From: Nitrosopumilus sp.
GTDB taxonomy: Archaea; Thermoproteota; Nitrososphaeria; Nitrososphaerales; Nitrosopumilaceae
Direction: 5' to 3'
Length of the DNA stretch: 64,000 nucleotides
Assembly (NCBI GenBank): GCA_965249555.1
Contig: OZ252243.1
Span: forward strand, 1,600,001-1,664,000
A program made the translations under genes and the position numbers. This document shows, in pieces, positions 38,999 to 49,897 of the stretch (within the stretch, counting starts at the first letter, position 1; every line of letters begins with the position of its first letter). The notes beneath the pieces were generated by a model. It was not told the DNA's origin, searched no databases, and worked only from the letters and a program-made list of their open reading frames with translations.

Positions 38999-40297
38999 TC
39001 AAATAATTTTTAAAACTTTTTTCAAAACATTGTTTGGATTTTCTCCAAAAACTATAATCATTGGTTCTTTTCCAAAATCCCCTTTGTGATAAATCACATC
39101 AAATACTTTCTTTGAGTTTTTCATTACACTTTTCATTCCCCACTCTATTGTGGAACTTTTTAATTTTACATTTTCAGGTTCTTGACTTCTATTGTAACTC
39201 GAAACTATTAATTTTGATTTTTTTATTTTTAATATGGTTGAGTTTTGATATTTTAGATTTATTGCGGAACAAATTTGTGGGAATTTTTTATTCATTGCCA
39301 ACACCGCTGTTGCAACATGTTTTGAGCCCCCATATGCCAAATTTCCTGCAAGTTGCACATGTTTTCCAGTTTTGACAATTCTTCCAGAAATTCCTAGAAT
39401 GTCTTTTGTTGACTTTGGTTTTTGTTTGGAATATACAAAATTCGTTTGGCATTCTGGAATATTTTTATAAATATTTTTGATTTCTACAAATTTAGTAATT
39501 GCATCTGATAATTCTGAATTGATTTTATCATATTCTTGAATGTCTGTTATTACAATTCCCTTTCCTACCTTTTTTGCATTTTTTATTGAATTGGAAGTAA
39601 ATTGCTTAGCGAATCTTACTGATTCTCTTATGCTTTTATTTTTTGCAAGTGCAAAAATTATGGCTGCAGAATAATTACATCCACTACCATGATTCCTTTT
39701 AGAAATTCTATCTCCTGAAATCAAATATCTGTTATTTTTTTCTAGTATGAAATCTGATATTTGATTATTTTTTGTCTTAATTCCTGTAATTACAACATTT
39801 TTTGCTCCCATTTTTTGAATTATCTTTGCAACTTTTTCAAGTGTATTTTTTGTATTAATCTTGGTTTTTGATATGATTTCAGCCTCAAATTTATTTGGTG
39901 TAATTATTGTTGCAAGAGGAACTATGAATTTTTGAAAATCTTTGATAGCTGATTTTTCTATTAATGATCCACCTGTAGTTGATTTAAGTACAGGATCAAT
40001 AACTATTGGAACCTTTACTTTTTTTAATTGATGATAAAGTATTTTGATGATTTGAGAATTATATACCATTCCAATTTTTATCCCGTCAATTTTAAAATCT
40101 GATGTCACAGACTCTAACTGATTTTTTAGAATTTTTTGTGATACTGGTTCAATCATACCAAAACTTGAAGTATTTTGACCTGTAATTGCAGTAATTACTG
40201 TTAAAACATGTACATTAAATGAAGAAAAAGTTTTGATATCACTTTGAATACCTGCACCTGATGAAGGATCAGAACCCCCAATTGAAAGTAAATTCAT
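38999..40297 (-). CDS. thiD: HMP/HMP-P kinase fused to a ThiN domain (ThiDN)
   Basis: GGSDPSSGAGIQSD and HGSGC motifs; C-terminal IPECQTN, GGSKHVA and GKEPMI. Confidence 0.92.
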   Translation of the reverse strand: MNLLSIGGSDPSSGAGIQSDIKTFSSFNVHVLTVITAITGQNTSSFGMIEPVSQKILKNQLESVTSDFKIDGIKIGMVYNSQIIKILYHQLKKVKVPIVIDPVLKSTTGGSLIEKSAIKDFQKFIVPLATIITPNKFEAEIISKTKINTKNTLEKVAKIIQKMGAKNVVITGIKTKNNQISDFILEKNNRYLISGDRISKRNHGSGCNYSAAIIFALAKNKSIRESVRFAKQFTSNSIKNAKKVGKGIVITDIQEYDKINSELSDAITKFVEIKNIYKNIPECQTNFVYSKQKPKSTKDILGISGRIVKTGKHVQLAGNLAYGGSKHVATAVLAMNKKFPQICSAINLKYQNSTILKIKKSKLIVSSYNRSQEPENVKLKSSTIEWGMKSVMKNSKKVFDVIYHKGDFGKEPMIIVFGENPNNVLKKVLKII

Positions 40298-40394
40298 AAT
40301 ATTTTCTTGTTCTCAGTACTAATCTGTTTTTCCTTTAAATCTCCAATCTTTATTGATGTGTGATTGAATTTTTTGATATCAATTTTATACTTCA

Positions 40395-40604
40395 ATGACT
40401 TGCTTAATACTTGTGCCTAAAATTCCTGTGATAAGTGATTCACCACCTGAAGAATTACGGTGTACAACTTGTTTGTTACCTATGCAATATCAAGCAAAGA
40501 AAGATGATAAATTCCTATGGCAATGTTTTAAATGTGGAAAACAATATCTTGTTTCTGAAAGTATTGATCATGGAATAGAAGAGAGTTGGAGTCCACCTAG
40601 ATAA
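40395..40604 (+). CDS. Small Zn-ribbon protein
   Basis: CTTC...CFKC. Confidence 0.55.
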   Translation: MTCLILVPKIPVISDSPPEELRCTTCLLPMQYQAKKDDKFLWQCFKCGKQYLVSESIDHGIEESWSPPR

Positions 40605-40609
40605 CAAAC

Positions 40610-40828
40610 ATGTCTGAAATAGAATCTGTAAAGTCTGAAAATCAAAAACTTTGGAACTATATTTCATTAATTTTATCTGAAATTGAATTGATACAAAGAA
40701 TTGGCGAGATCAGACAAAATTTTGAAAATCCATCTGATTCTGAACGTATAATCGAGCCTATTTTAGACAGAATATCTAAAATCAAATCTGAAAGATTTAT
40801 TTTGGAACAAGAATTGCATCTGAATTGA
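40610..40828 (+). CDS. Small helical hypothetical protein
   Basis: ORF with coiled-coil character. Confidence 0.6.
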   Translation: MSEIESVKSENQKLWNYISLILSEIELIQRIGEIRQNFENPSDSERIIEPILDRISKIKSERFILEQELHLN

Positions 40829-40837
40829 TTTCAATTG

Positions 40838-40936
40838 TTAGGCTGATGATTGAGTAACACAATCAAACGAACAAAATTCATCATTCATATTATAAAATTC
40901 TCTGCCACAATGTTTGCATTCTTTGATAGTTCCCAC
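40838..40936 (-). CDS. Putative 32-aa treble-clef (TRASH-like) Zn finger, GTIKECKHCGREFYNMNDEFCSFDCVTQSSA
   Basis: Manual translation from a GTG start; CxxC...FCSxxC. Confidence 0.5.
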   Translation of the reverse strand: MGTIKECKHCGREFYNMNDEFCSFDCVTQSSA

Positions 40937-41069
40937 AAGTATCAATACGTAATTATGACATATAAGATCGATCAATTTTCTTAATATAGTGTGGGAAAAT
41001 TTTTAAGCGATCAATAATATTTAACAACTTTCATGATTGTTTAAATCAGGTAAAAGCATAGATAACTTT

Positions 41070-42398
41070 ATGACAACTCAGATGACTGCTGCACGACGTG
41101 GTGTTGCTACTGATGAAATGAAACAAGTGGCAAAAGATGAAGATGTTTCACTTGATTGGTTGATTCCAAAAATTGCAAGCGGTTCTATAATAATTCCGAG
41201 TAATAATGTTAGACCACAAAAAATTCATAATGTTGGAATTGGCAAAGGTCTTAAAACTAAAGTGAACGTCAACATTGGTACATCCACACTAAATGTAAAC
41301 TTGGAAGAAGAAATTGAAAAAGCCAAGATTGCAGTAAAATATCATGCAGATACAATGATGGATCTTAGTGATGGTGGTGATGTTAAAAAAATAAGACAGA
41401 CTCTTTTGGATGTTGCTCCAATCACTTTTGGGACTGTTCCAATTTATGAAGCCTACAATTATGGAGTCGAGGTTCACAAAAATCCTTTGAATTTAACTGA
41501 AGATGATTATCTAAATGCGTTTGAAAATAATATAAAAGATGGAGTTGATTATGTTACAATTCATTGTGGAATTACTAAAGATATTGCAAAAAGAATCCTA
41601 AAAGTTCAGAGATATGGTGGTGTTGTAAGTAAAGGGGGAACAATTACTGCGGCATGGATGTTAAAACATGACAAAGAAAACCCATATGTCACTCATTATG
41701 ATTATATGATTGAACTTGCCAAAAAATATGATGTCACATTTAGCCTTGGAGATGCACTTAGACCTGGCTCAATTTTAGATTCTCATGATGAATTACAAGT
41801 TCAAGAAATGATCAATATCTCACAATTAACAAAACGTGCACATGAACAAGATATTCAAGTGATGGTTGAGGGACCAGGACATGTTCCACTAAATGAGGTT
41901 GCAGCAAATGTTCGACTCGCAAAGTCTCTAATTGGTGATGTTCCATATTATGTTCTTGGTCCTTTGGTAACTGATATTGCATCTGGCCATGATCACATTG
42001 CAAGTGCAATTGGGGCTGCAGTTTCAGCAAGTGAAGGAGTTGATCTTTTATGTTATCTTACTCCTTCTGAACATCTATCTTTACCAAATGTGGAAGAAGT
42101 CAAAGCAGGACTGATTGCATATAGAATTGCAGCTCATGCCGGTGATCTTGTGAAAATTCGTGATAAGGTAATCAAATGGGATATGGAAATGACTGAAGCT
42201 CGACGTACTCTGGATTGGGAAAAACAACTTGCACTATCCATCGATCCTGAGGCTGCAGCTAAAATTCATAGTAGAACAGGACAACATCCTGGAAATAATG
42301 TTCCATGTACAATGTGTGGTGGTGCTTGTGTTTACATGATGTTGCCACAGCAAAAAAAGTATGAAAAAGAAAATAAAAATTTACAACAGATTGAATAA
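41070..42398 (+). CDS. thiC: Phosphomethylpyrimidine synthase
   Basis: KVNVNIGTS, DTMMDLS, SLGDALRPG, MVEGPGHVP and CTMCG motifs. Confidence 0.97.
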   Translation: MTTQMTAARRGVATDEMKQVAKDEDVSLDWLIPKIASGSIIIPSNNVRPQKIHNVGIGKGLKTKVNVNIGTSTLNVNLEEEIEKAKIAVKYHADTMMDLSDGGDVKKIRQTLLDVAPITFGTVPIYEAYNYGVEVHKNPLNLTEDDYLNAFENNIKDGVDYVTIHCGITKDIAKRILKVQRYGGVVSKGGTITAAWMLKHDKENPYVTHYDYMIELAKKYDVTFSLGDALRPGSILDSHDELQVQEMINISQLTKRAHEQDIQVMVEGPGHVPLNEVAANVRLAKSLIGDVPYYVLGPLVTDIASGHDHIASAIGAAVSASEGVDLLCYLTPSEHLSLPNVEEVKAGLIAYRIAAHAGDLVKIRDKVIKWDMEMTEARRTLDWEKQLALSIDPEAAAKIHSRTGQHPGNNVPCTMCGGACVYMMLPQQKKYEKENKNLQQIE

Positions 42399-42785
42399 CA
42401 CTTTTTGAAGACTAGGAACTGTTTCGTAATTTTCTAATTCTTCTACATTTATCCACTTAAAATCAGAATTTTCCCAATTGAGCTTAATTGCTGGATTTTT
42501 TGCTTCAAACAAAAATGGAAATATCTCCCACTCATGATTTTCATATTGCGGTGAATTAATTCTCATCTCTTCTGAAGATCTAACAAGCGTGATCATATCT
42601 TCTGTCATTCCAACTTCTTCAAAAATCTCAATCTTTGCTCTTTTTAGAGGCTCTTCATTTTTTTCTATGATTCCACTAATTCCTGCCCATAACCCTTTCA
42701 TTGATTTTACTTTATCACTTCTCTTTAGAATCAATAATTTTTCATTATCTCTAATGAAAGATGTAACTATCTTTGTTGAACGCAT
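42381..42785 (-). CDS. NUDIX-family hydrolase
   Basis: SGIIE...AKIEIFEEVG Nudix-like box. Confidence 0.85.
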   Translation of the reverse strand: MRSTKIVTSFIRDNEKLLILKRSDKVKSMKGLWAGISGIIEKNEEPLKRAKIEIFEEVGMTEDMITLVRSSEEMRINSPQYENHEWEIFPFLFEAKNPAIKLNWENSDFKWINVEELENYETVPSLQKVLFNLL

Positions 42786-42790
42786 ATCTG

Positions 42791-43645
42791 CTATTTTTCA
42801 ACGGCCTTTACCATTTTTGTTAGTCTTTTGTAGGACTCATTGATGTCTGTATGCTCGGCAAGTTTTTCCTGAACCTCTTTGATGTAGTTAATTACATCTT
42901 CGGTTTTTGATTCTTGAACATCCGTGAGTAATCTGCCTACATCTTTCCAAAGTTCCTCAGCAACCCTTCGAATCTCTGGGTTTGCAATAATTGTTTCAAT
43001 TAATTCTGGAGACTCGGTCATTATGCTTTCTGCTAATGTCTTTTGCACTCTAAAAGTGGTTCCTGACATTTTTTCTGTTAGCATCGTCTTTTCATCTTTT
43101 GAGATAATTTTTGCAAAAACGACATTTATTAAATGGGTTAATCCTAAAATCACTGCAATCTTTTTGTCATGCTCGACTGCATCAATTGTAACAAAGTTTG
43201 CTCCTTCAAATAACGATTTTGCAACAGTTAATTCACTTTTGGCATCTTTAATTGGAACTGAAATTATGTTTTGGCCCTTGATTGTTTTTATTCCTGGACC
43301 AAACATTGGATGAATGCAAATTGGATTAATCTTAGCTGGCATCTTTGCTAATGATGATGCTACTTTAGATTTTTCAGATGAAATTTCAATGAGGTATGTT
43401 CCACGCTGCATCTCTTTTGCAATTAATCTAATAATCTCTGGTGTTCTTCTTGTGGGAGTGCACAGAACAACATAATCTGCTTTTAGAATTGCTCCTACCA
43501 AAGAATCTGACACTATGATGTCTTTTCCTGTAACTTTATTTTCTGAATCATAACCTGTTACTTCAAAATTTTTATCTGCAAAATATTTTGTAAACCATTT
43601 CCCCATTTGGCCACCAGCACCAAGAATTGTAACTTTCTTCTTCAT
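42791..43645 (-). CDS. tyrA: Prephenate dehydrogenase
   Basis: GAGGQMG, HPMFGP and EHDK motifs. Confidence 0.92.
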   Translation of the reverse strand: MKKKVTILGAGGQMGKWFTKYFADKNFEVTGYDSENKVTGKDIIVSDSLVGAILKADYVVLCTPTRRTPEIIRLIAKEMQRGTYLIEISSEKSKVASSLAKMPAKINPICIHPMFGPGIKTIKGQNIISVPIKDAKSELTVAKSLFEGANFVTIDAVEHDKKIAVILGLTHLINVVFAKIISKDEKTMLTEKMSGTTFRVQKTLAESIMTESPELIETIIANPEIRRVAEELWKDVGRLLTDVQESKTEDVINYIKEVQEKLAEHTDINESYKRLTKMVKAVEK

Positions 43646-45012
43646 TGTTTCTCACTCATGATGTTACTCAGTATATTCATTCCGTCCATTAGTATTTTTT
43701 CCTCTTGACATGCAGAAATTCTAATAAAATTTTTGTAATCTCCAAATCCCTCTCCTGGTGCTACTGCTAACCCTTTCTCAAGTGTGCTGTTGGCAAATTG
43801 AACCCCATCAAATCCCTCTTGATTAACTCGTGCAAAAAGGTACATAGCTCCATCTGGAATGATGAAATCTAACCCCATCTCTTTTGCTTTTTGTGCCAAT
43901 ATGTCTAGTCTGTTTTGTACTGTATTAGTATTATTGGTCGTATCTGCCTCAAGTGCTTTCATAGCTATGTATTGAATGGGTTCTGAGACGTTTGTTAGGC
44001 ACAATGCCTCTAATTTTGCCATTTTTTCAATAATTTTTGCATCTGCTATACCGTATCCAATTCTGAATCCTGTCATGGCATGAGATTTTGAAAATGATTG
44101 AGTAACAATGCTTTTTTCATAATTGTAACTTAGAATGCTTTTCCAACTACTTTTTGCGTATTGTGAATAAATCTCATCGCTTAACACATAGAGATTATTT
44201 TTCCTAGCTAGGTCAACTATGTCATCCTGTAACTTTTCAGGAAGAATTTTTCCCGTTGGATTGTTTGGATAATTTAGTACAATCATTTTTGTGTTTGAAT
44301 TAATCATTTTTTCTATTTGTTCTAAAGATGGTTCCCACTTGTCTTCTAGAGTTGTATTGATAGTTCTAACTTTAATTCCAGAGTTTAGTGCACAGTCTTT
44401 GTATGCAGGCCATGCAGGTTCTATCACAATCATCTCGTCACCTGGATTAAGAAGTGTTGATATTGCAGTGAAAATTGAAAATCTTGCACCTGGACTAACT
44501 ATAATGTTATCTTGTGTAACATTAGTGTTGAATTTACCTGAAATATATTTTGCAAGTGCTTCTCTAAATATTGGCATTCCCCTTACTGGACCATATTTTA
44601 GAAATCCTTTATCAAACACTTCTTCTAAAGCCTTTTTCACAACGGGTGGTGGCAAAAAATCTGGATCTCCTACTTCCATGTGGATAATCTTTTTTCCTTG
44701 TTGCTCAAGTGATTTTGCTTTTAAGAAAATAGATAGGTGTGTTTGTTTATTTGACGATTGAACTTTTACTGACTCATTAAATAGGAAATTCAAATATTTT
44801 GTTGCAATTGCTTCATCAAGTCCTATGTTTTTACATAATGAGATTACTTTACCCCGTAAGTTATCTTCTCGTAATTCATCAGTAACTCCCTTACCCATAT
44901 TCTTTTTTACTTCCCCGATTTCTTTTGCAATATCTGTTCTAGTTTTTAGCAGCTTTATCATTTCCAGAGTAACTTCGTCCATCTTATTTCGAAGATCATT
45001 GATATCTGACAT
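43642..45012 (-). CDS. Chorismate mutase / class I-II aminotransferase fusion
   Basis: N-terminal AroQ-like LRNKMD...R; PNNPTG, SDEIY and SFSKSHAMTGFRIG motifs. Confidence 0.9.
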   Translation of the reverse strand: MSDINDLRNKMDEVTLEMIKLLKTRTDIAKEIGEVKKNMGKGVTDELREDNLRGKVISLCKNIGLDEAIATKYLNFLFNESVKVQSSNKQTHLSIFLKAKSLEQQGKKIIHMEVGDPDFLPPPVVKKALEEVFDKGFLKYGPVRGMPIFREALAKYISGKFNTNVTQDNIIVSPGARFSIFTAISTLLNPGDEMIVIEPAWPAYKDCALNSGIKVRTINTTLEDKWEPSLEQIEKMINSNTKMIVLNYPNNPTGKILPEKLQDDIVDLARKNNLYVLSDEIYSQYAKSSWKSILSYNYEKSIVTQSFSKSHAMTGFRIGYGIADAKIIEKMAKLEALCLTNVSEPIQYIAMKALEADTTNNTNTVQNRLDILAQKAKEMGLDFIIPDGAMYLFARVNQEGFDGVQFANSTLEKGLAVAPGEGFGDYKNFIRISACQEEKILMDGMNILSNIMSEKQ

Positions 45013-45016
45013 TTTC

Positions 45017-46114
45017 TTACAACACAGGCTTGATTGTTCCCGCAAGGAGTGCGTGATCTGCTATGGTCAAGGCTACAAGTGAGTCTACTACGGGTGGCGC
45101 TCTAGGTACAACACATGGGTCATGCCTTCCTTTAACTTGAAGCATTGTCTCTTTTTTGGTCTTAATGTCTACTGTGCTTTGTTTTTGTGCAATTGATGAT
45201 GCTGGCTTGAATGCAATTCTCATAGTAATTGGCATTCCATTTGAAATACCTCCAAGAATTCCACCAGAATTGTTTGTCTTTGTAATTATTTTTCCTTTTT
45301 TAATGGTATACAAGTCATTATTTTCAGAACCGTAAAGTTCTGAACCTCTAAATCCTGAACCAAACTCTACTCCTTTCACAGATGGAATTGAAAAAATTGC
45401 TTTACTCAAATCTGATTCTAACGAACTAAAAATTGGTTCTCCTAATCCTACTGGAACATTTGTTGTAACTGATTCAATTATTCCTCCAAGAGAGTCTCCT
45501 TTTTTTCTTGCATCTAAAATACCCGACCTCATCATTTTTGCAGTTTTATTTTCAGGACATCTCACTTCATTTTTGTAAATTGATTTGATCATTTTTTCAT
45601 TAAATGTTCTCTCCATCTTTACTTTTCCAATTTGTGTTGTGTAAGAATTTGTTTCAATTCCTAATGCTACTTTGAGTAATTTTCTTGCAATAGCTCCTCC
45701 CATTACATGTGTTGCAGTTAATCGTCCAGAGAATCTTCCTCCTCCTCTGTAATCATTATAATGGTTATATTTTATCATAGCAGGATAGTCTGAATGCCCT
45801 GGTCTTAGTTTTGTTTTCAAATTTTCATAGTCTTTTGATTTTTGGTCACTATTCCAAATCATCATTGTAATTGGAGCACCCGTGGTATGTCCTCTGAACA
45901 CTCCAGATATAATTTCAACAACATCTCCTTCCTTTCTTTGAGTTGAAATAATATTTTGACCTGGCCTTCTTTGGTTCAACATCTTTTGGATTTCTTTTTC
46001 GTCAATTTCTAATCCTGCAGGACAACCATCTAAAACAGCACCAATGGCTTTTCCATGACTTTCTCCAAAACTTGTTAAAACAAGATGCTGACCAATAGAA
46101 CTTCCCGGCAACAC
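45017..46114 (-). CDS. aroC: Chorismate synthase
   Basis: FGESHG, RPGHSD and GRHDPC motifs. Confidence 0.97.
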   Translation of the reverse strand: MLPGSSIGQHLVLTSFGESHGKAIGAVLDGCPAGLEIDEKEIQKMLNQRRPGQNIISTQRKEGDVVEIISGVFRGHTTGAPITMMIWNSDQKSKDYENLKTKLRPGHSDYPAMIKYNHYNDYRGGGRFSGRLTATHVMGGAIARKLLKVALGIETNSYTTQIGKVKMERTFNEKMIKSIYKNEVRCPENKTAKMMRSGILDARKKGDSLGGIIESVTTNVPVGLGEPIFSSLESDLSKAIFSIPSVKGVEFGSGFRGSELYGSENNDLYTIKKGKIITKTNNSGGILGGISNGMPITMRIAFKPASSIAQKQSTVDIKTKKETMLQVKGRHDPCVVPRAPPVVDSLVALTIADHALLAGTIKPVL

Positions 46115-46240
46115 AATATCAAAGCTAAATGATGCTTATAATCGTGCCCTAGGTCTAGTTTTTAGGTAATTCTCAGAAAAATAGGCGTGATTTTAAGTTG
46201 TATCTTTATCTATTTTAGTTGATTTTTTTTAAAAATTGTT

Positions 46241-47509
46241 TCACCAAGTTTGAATTTTTGCACCTAGATTATTCATCTCTTCTACAAAACTTGGATATGA
46301 AATTTTGACTGATTCAGGGTCTGTTACAGTACAATTCCCTATATACATTCCCGCGATACAAAATGCCATGAATAGTCTATGATCATTTTCAGAATTTAAT
46401 TCCGCACCTCTTAAATTTTCTGATGATTCTAAAATCATACCATCTTCTTTTTCTTGAATTTTTATTCCAAGTTTTACAAGCTCCCTTGATACAATTGCGA
46501 TCCTATCTGTTTCTTTTAGTCTTGCATGCTTTACATTAACTATTTCAATTGGACTTGCTGAATTCAATGCCAAAATTGCAAGAGGTGGAAGAAGGTCTGG
46601 AGAATTACTTAGATCAAATCTACCTCCAGTTAATTTTTGAGGAGATTTAATTTTAATTTTTCCATCATTGATGATAACATTTACTCCTAATTGTTCTAAA
46701 ATATCAATAAACAATTCATCTCCTTGCGGCAAGTTTCCAATATCACCTTTAATTTTAATTTCTTCTCCATTAAGTACTGCAGCTGACAAGAGTAGTGCAA
46801 GACTTGAAAAATCAATTGGTACTGTAAATGTAGTGCTTTTGTAGATTTGTGGTGTTATGCTGTATCTTTTATATGGAATTAATGTTTGAACCGATACTCC
46901 AAACTTTTTCATTGTTGCAATTGTTGCATCAAGATATGGTTTTGATACTAAATTTCCTTCTATGGTTAGATTAATTCCATTTTCTGTCAATGGCGCACAA
47001 ATTAATAACGCAGAGATGAATTGACTTGAATAATTTCCTGGAATAGTAACATCACCACCTAAAATTTTTCCTTTGATTTTGATTGGTGGTTTTCCATCTG
47101 TTGAGCTGCATTGTGCTCCTATGCTTGATAGTGCATCTAATAGAGGCTGCATTGGTCGTTTTTGTAGACTAGAATCTCCTGTTAAGATAATCTCTTGAGA
47201 AAATAGACTAGCAATACCTGATGCAATTCTAATTGTTGTTCCAGAGTTTTCTGTATTGATTTCAGGCACATTTGTGCCTAATTTGATTGGGTTTTTGACA
47301 ATAATTGACGAATTTTTTATTTCTATCTCGGCTCCAAATTTTTTGCAGGTCTCAATTGTTGCAATGGTATCTGCTGATAACAATACATTATCCACTCTGC
47401 TGTTATTTCCTGCAAGCGATGCAAGAAAAATTGCTCTATGTGTGTAACTCTTATTTGGAGGACAAACTATTTGTCCTGAAATTTTTGATTTTTCAACTTT
47501 ACAATTCAT
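46241..47509 (-). CDS. aroA: EPSP synthase
   Basis: KSYTHRA, SSQFISALL, RLKETDRI and DHRL motifs. Confidence 0.97.
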   Translation of the reverse strand: MNCKVEKSKISGQIVCPPNKSYTHRAIFLASLAGNNSRVDNVLLSADTIATIETCKKFGAEIEIKNSSIIVKNPIKLGTNVPEINTENSGTTIRIASGIASLFSQEIILTGDSSLQKRPMQPLLDALSSIGAQCSSTDGKPPIKIKGKILGGDVTIPGNYSSQFISALLICAPLTENGINLTIEGNLVSKPYLDATIATMKKFGVSVQTLIPYKRYSITPQIYKSTTFTVPIDFSSLALLLSAAVLNGEEIKIKGDIGNLPQGDELFIDILEQLGVNVIINDGKIKIKSPQKLTGGRFDLSNSPDLLPPLAILALNSASPIEIVNVKHARLKETDRIAIVSRELVKLGIKIQEKEDGMILESSENLRGAELNSENDHRLFMAFCIAGMYIGNCTVTDPESVKISYPSFVEEMNNLGAKIQTW

Positions 47510-48356
47510 GAACTTCAGCCTTTTTGTTACTAACTTTTGAAATAATTACATTTCCTTCTAATGTTGAAAATATTTTTTTTATATTTGCTTCATTTTCTTT
47601 TTTTGCTATTGCTGCAACAGCAGGTCCATTTCCAGAAACTGATGCCCCAAGTGCCCCCTTTTTAATTAAATTAGTGATTATTTCAGGATCTGAATTTAGA
47701 ATTGATGCTGTTGCTAACCCATTAATGATCATTGCTTCCCAATAGTTTTTTTTCCTTGCCAGCTCCCATGCATTTTCAAATACTGTCGAAAGAACTTTGA
47801 GGTTTTTTAAATTGCCCCTTTTTCTATTTTTTGGGATAAAGATCACCACAACTAAATTAGTTGGACCTTTTTCAAAATGAACTCGTTTTCTCTTTGCATT
47901 ATCTGTAACATTAAATCCTCCATAGTAACATGAACATGCATCATCAAAGGCACCTGTGATGCTTACTTTGGATTCAATTGACGCATCAACTCCTGCAAGT
48001 AAAATTTCTTGATCAGTAAATTTTGGTTTGAATATATTTGCACACGCTAATGCTATTGCAGATGAAATAGCACTTGAGCTTTTAAGTCCAAACCCAGTTG
48101 GAATTTCTGAATCAAGTGTAATTGTAATTTTGTTTTGCTCTAAATCTTTCTTTGAAACTATTTTTTCCACAGTTTTATTGATCAAGCGAGAACTGAGGGT
48201 TTTATTTTTAGATTGTAGTATGATCCCCTTCCCAGGACTAGTTTCTACTACTGCTTCTACTTTTAGTGCAATTCCTAATGTTGCACCTTTTTGGTTTGCA
48301 ATCGCATTTACGAGGGAAATTGCTCCATGCACTGTAGCTATTGCTTTTGCCATCAA
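47499..48356 (-). CDS. aroK: Archaeal GHMP-family shikimate kinase
   Basis: GLKSSSA and SITGAFDD motifs. Confidence 0.93.
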   Translation of the reverse strand: MMAKAIATVHGAISLVNAIANQKGATLGIALKVEAVVETSPGKGIILQSKNKTLSSRLINKTVEKIVSKKDLEQNKITITLDSEIPTGFGLKSSSAISSAIALACANIFKPKFTDQEILLAGVDASIESKVSITGAFDDACSCYYGGFNVTDNAKRKRVHFEKGPTNLVVVIFIPKNRKRGNLKNLKVLSTVFENAWELARKKNYWEAMIINGLATASILNSDPEIITNLIKKGALGASVSGNGPAVAAIAKKENEANIKKIFSTLEGNVIISKVSNKKAEVHEL

Positions 48357-49174
48357 AATCCTCCCAACAATGCTTTTTTCATTGTGTTATAAGGTGCTTT
48401 TACGCCGTGCCAAATCTCAAAGGATCTTACTGCTTGGCCTAGGAGCATCTCATATCCAAAAATAATAATCGCTTTCTTTTCTTTTGCTTTTTTGATAAAA
48501 TCTGTATTCATTGGCATGTATACAATATCGTATACAATTGTTTTTTCATTAATACCTTCTAATGAAATAGGGCTTGGTTCATTCTTTAGACCTACTGATG
48601 TGGCATTAACAATAATATCGTAGTCTTTTGCAGTATCATTAACCTCTTCAATTTTTACTGCATCAGCACTCAATCCTATTTTTTTTGCAAACTCTGACAA
48701 CTTTTCAGCCTTTTCTAGTGTTCTGTTTGCAATAGTAATGCTATTTGCTTTCTCTTTTGCAAACCCTGCAACTATTGCTCTTGCAGCTCCTCCTGCTCCA
48801 AGAAGAAGCACTTTTGTATTTTTAATGTTTAATTCCTTTTTCTTAAATGGTTCTATGAATCCCTCCATATCTGTATTGTATCCTTTAAGAATACCATTTT
48901 CATTTGCAACAGTGTTAACTGCGCCAATCAAACTGCATGCTTCATCCGTTTTATCAAGATATTTCATCATCTCAACTTTATGAGGGATGGTAACGTTGAA
49001 TCCATCCACCTTAATTTTTTTCAATCCTTCAATTCCATCTGCTAACTCTCCTTTTGGAATTCTATAAGCAATGTATGAACAATCTAAATTTAATTCTCTA
49101 AATACTGCACTATGAATATTTGGAGATAATGTATGATCAATTGGATCTCCAATTATCGCAAATGTTTTCCCCAT
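48353..49174 (-). CDS. aroE: Shikimate dehydrogenase
   Basis: NVTIPHK, GAVNT, NTD and GAGGAA motifs. Confidence 0.96.
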   Translation of the reverse strand: MGKTFAIIGDPIDHTLSPNIHSAVFRELNLDCSYIAYRIPKGELADGIEGLKKIKVDGFNVTIPHKVEMMKYLDKTDEACSLIGAVNTVANENGILKGYNTDMEGFIEPFKKKELNIKNTKVLLLGAGGAARAIVAGFAKEKANSITIANRTLEKAEKLSEFAKKIGLSADAVKIEEVNDTAKDYDIIVNATSVGLKNEPSPISLEGINEKTIVYDIVYMPMNTDFIKKAKEKKAIIIFGYEMLLGQAVRSFEIWHGVKAPYNTMKKALLGGF

Positions 49175-49225
49175 CTTATTTTCTTGAGTAATAAGATTGA
49201 TTTAAACTCTCAACTGTTGATTTGG

Positions 49226-49897
49226 TTATTTTTTTAGATTTGTAATTTTTTTTACTTCATCAACACTGAACTGTCCAGGGGCAATTGCCTTTCCCAATGA
49301 GACATATGTGTATGGGCTACCTAAATACAGGCACAAAATTCTTGAAACTCTGCCAAAATCACCCATTGCAAATGATATTAGATTATTTTTTCCTTTTTTG
49401 CTGTATAACTCAAGCATTCTATTGGAATCATCCGTTGTTTTTGCAGTACATACAATTTTTACATTAGATGAAAATTTACTCATTTGATTCATTTTCTTTT
49501 TTAGTTCTGCAGAACTTGGTGTTTTCTTAAAGTCATGCCATGATACCAACAATTTTGTTTTTGTTGATTTTAGATATTTTCTTAATGATGAATTTCTTTT
49601 CAATGTGTTAAATTCTACATCTAATAGGAATGGGTTGTATTCTGCAATTAGTTTTAGAATCAAAATTCGCTCTTTTTCATTTCCTGAAAATTTTCCACCT
49701 TCTGTTTTTGGTCTTAGTGTACATACAATCTTGTTTAGATCTTTTTTGATTAACTCTATTGCTTCTGGAATTTGTTCAATCTTTAAAAAATCAAATCTGA
49801 CTTCAACATAATCTGATTTTTTTAGTGCAATTTTTAATGTCTGTTTTATTTTGTATGGAGTTTTTTCTGCAATGGAGACACAAGTTTTGTATTTCAT
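49226..49897 (-). CDS. aroD: Type I 3-dehydroquinate dehydratase
   Basis: EVRFD, SWHDF and APGQ motifs. Confidence 0.93.
   Translation of the reverse strand: MKYKTCVSIAEKTPYKIKQTLKIALKKSDYVEVRFDFLKIEQIPEAIELIKKDLNKIVCTLRPKTEGGKFSGNEKERILILKLIAEYNPFLLDVEFNTLKRNSSLRKYLKSTKTKLLVSWHDFKKTPSSAELKKKMNQMSKFSSNVKIVCTAKTTDDSNRMLELYSKKGKNNLISFAMGDFGRVSRILCLYLGSPYTYVSLGKAIAPGQFSVDEVKKITNLKK

Noticed and set aside
40940-41069. TPP riboswitch upstream of thiC or thiD
   Set aside because: No TPP aptamer consensus visible
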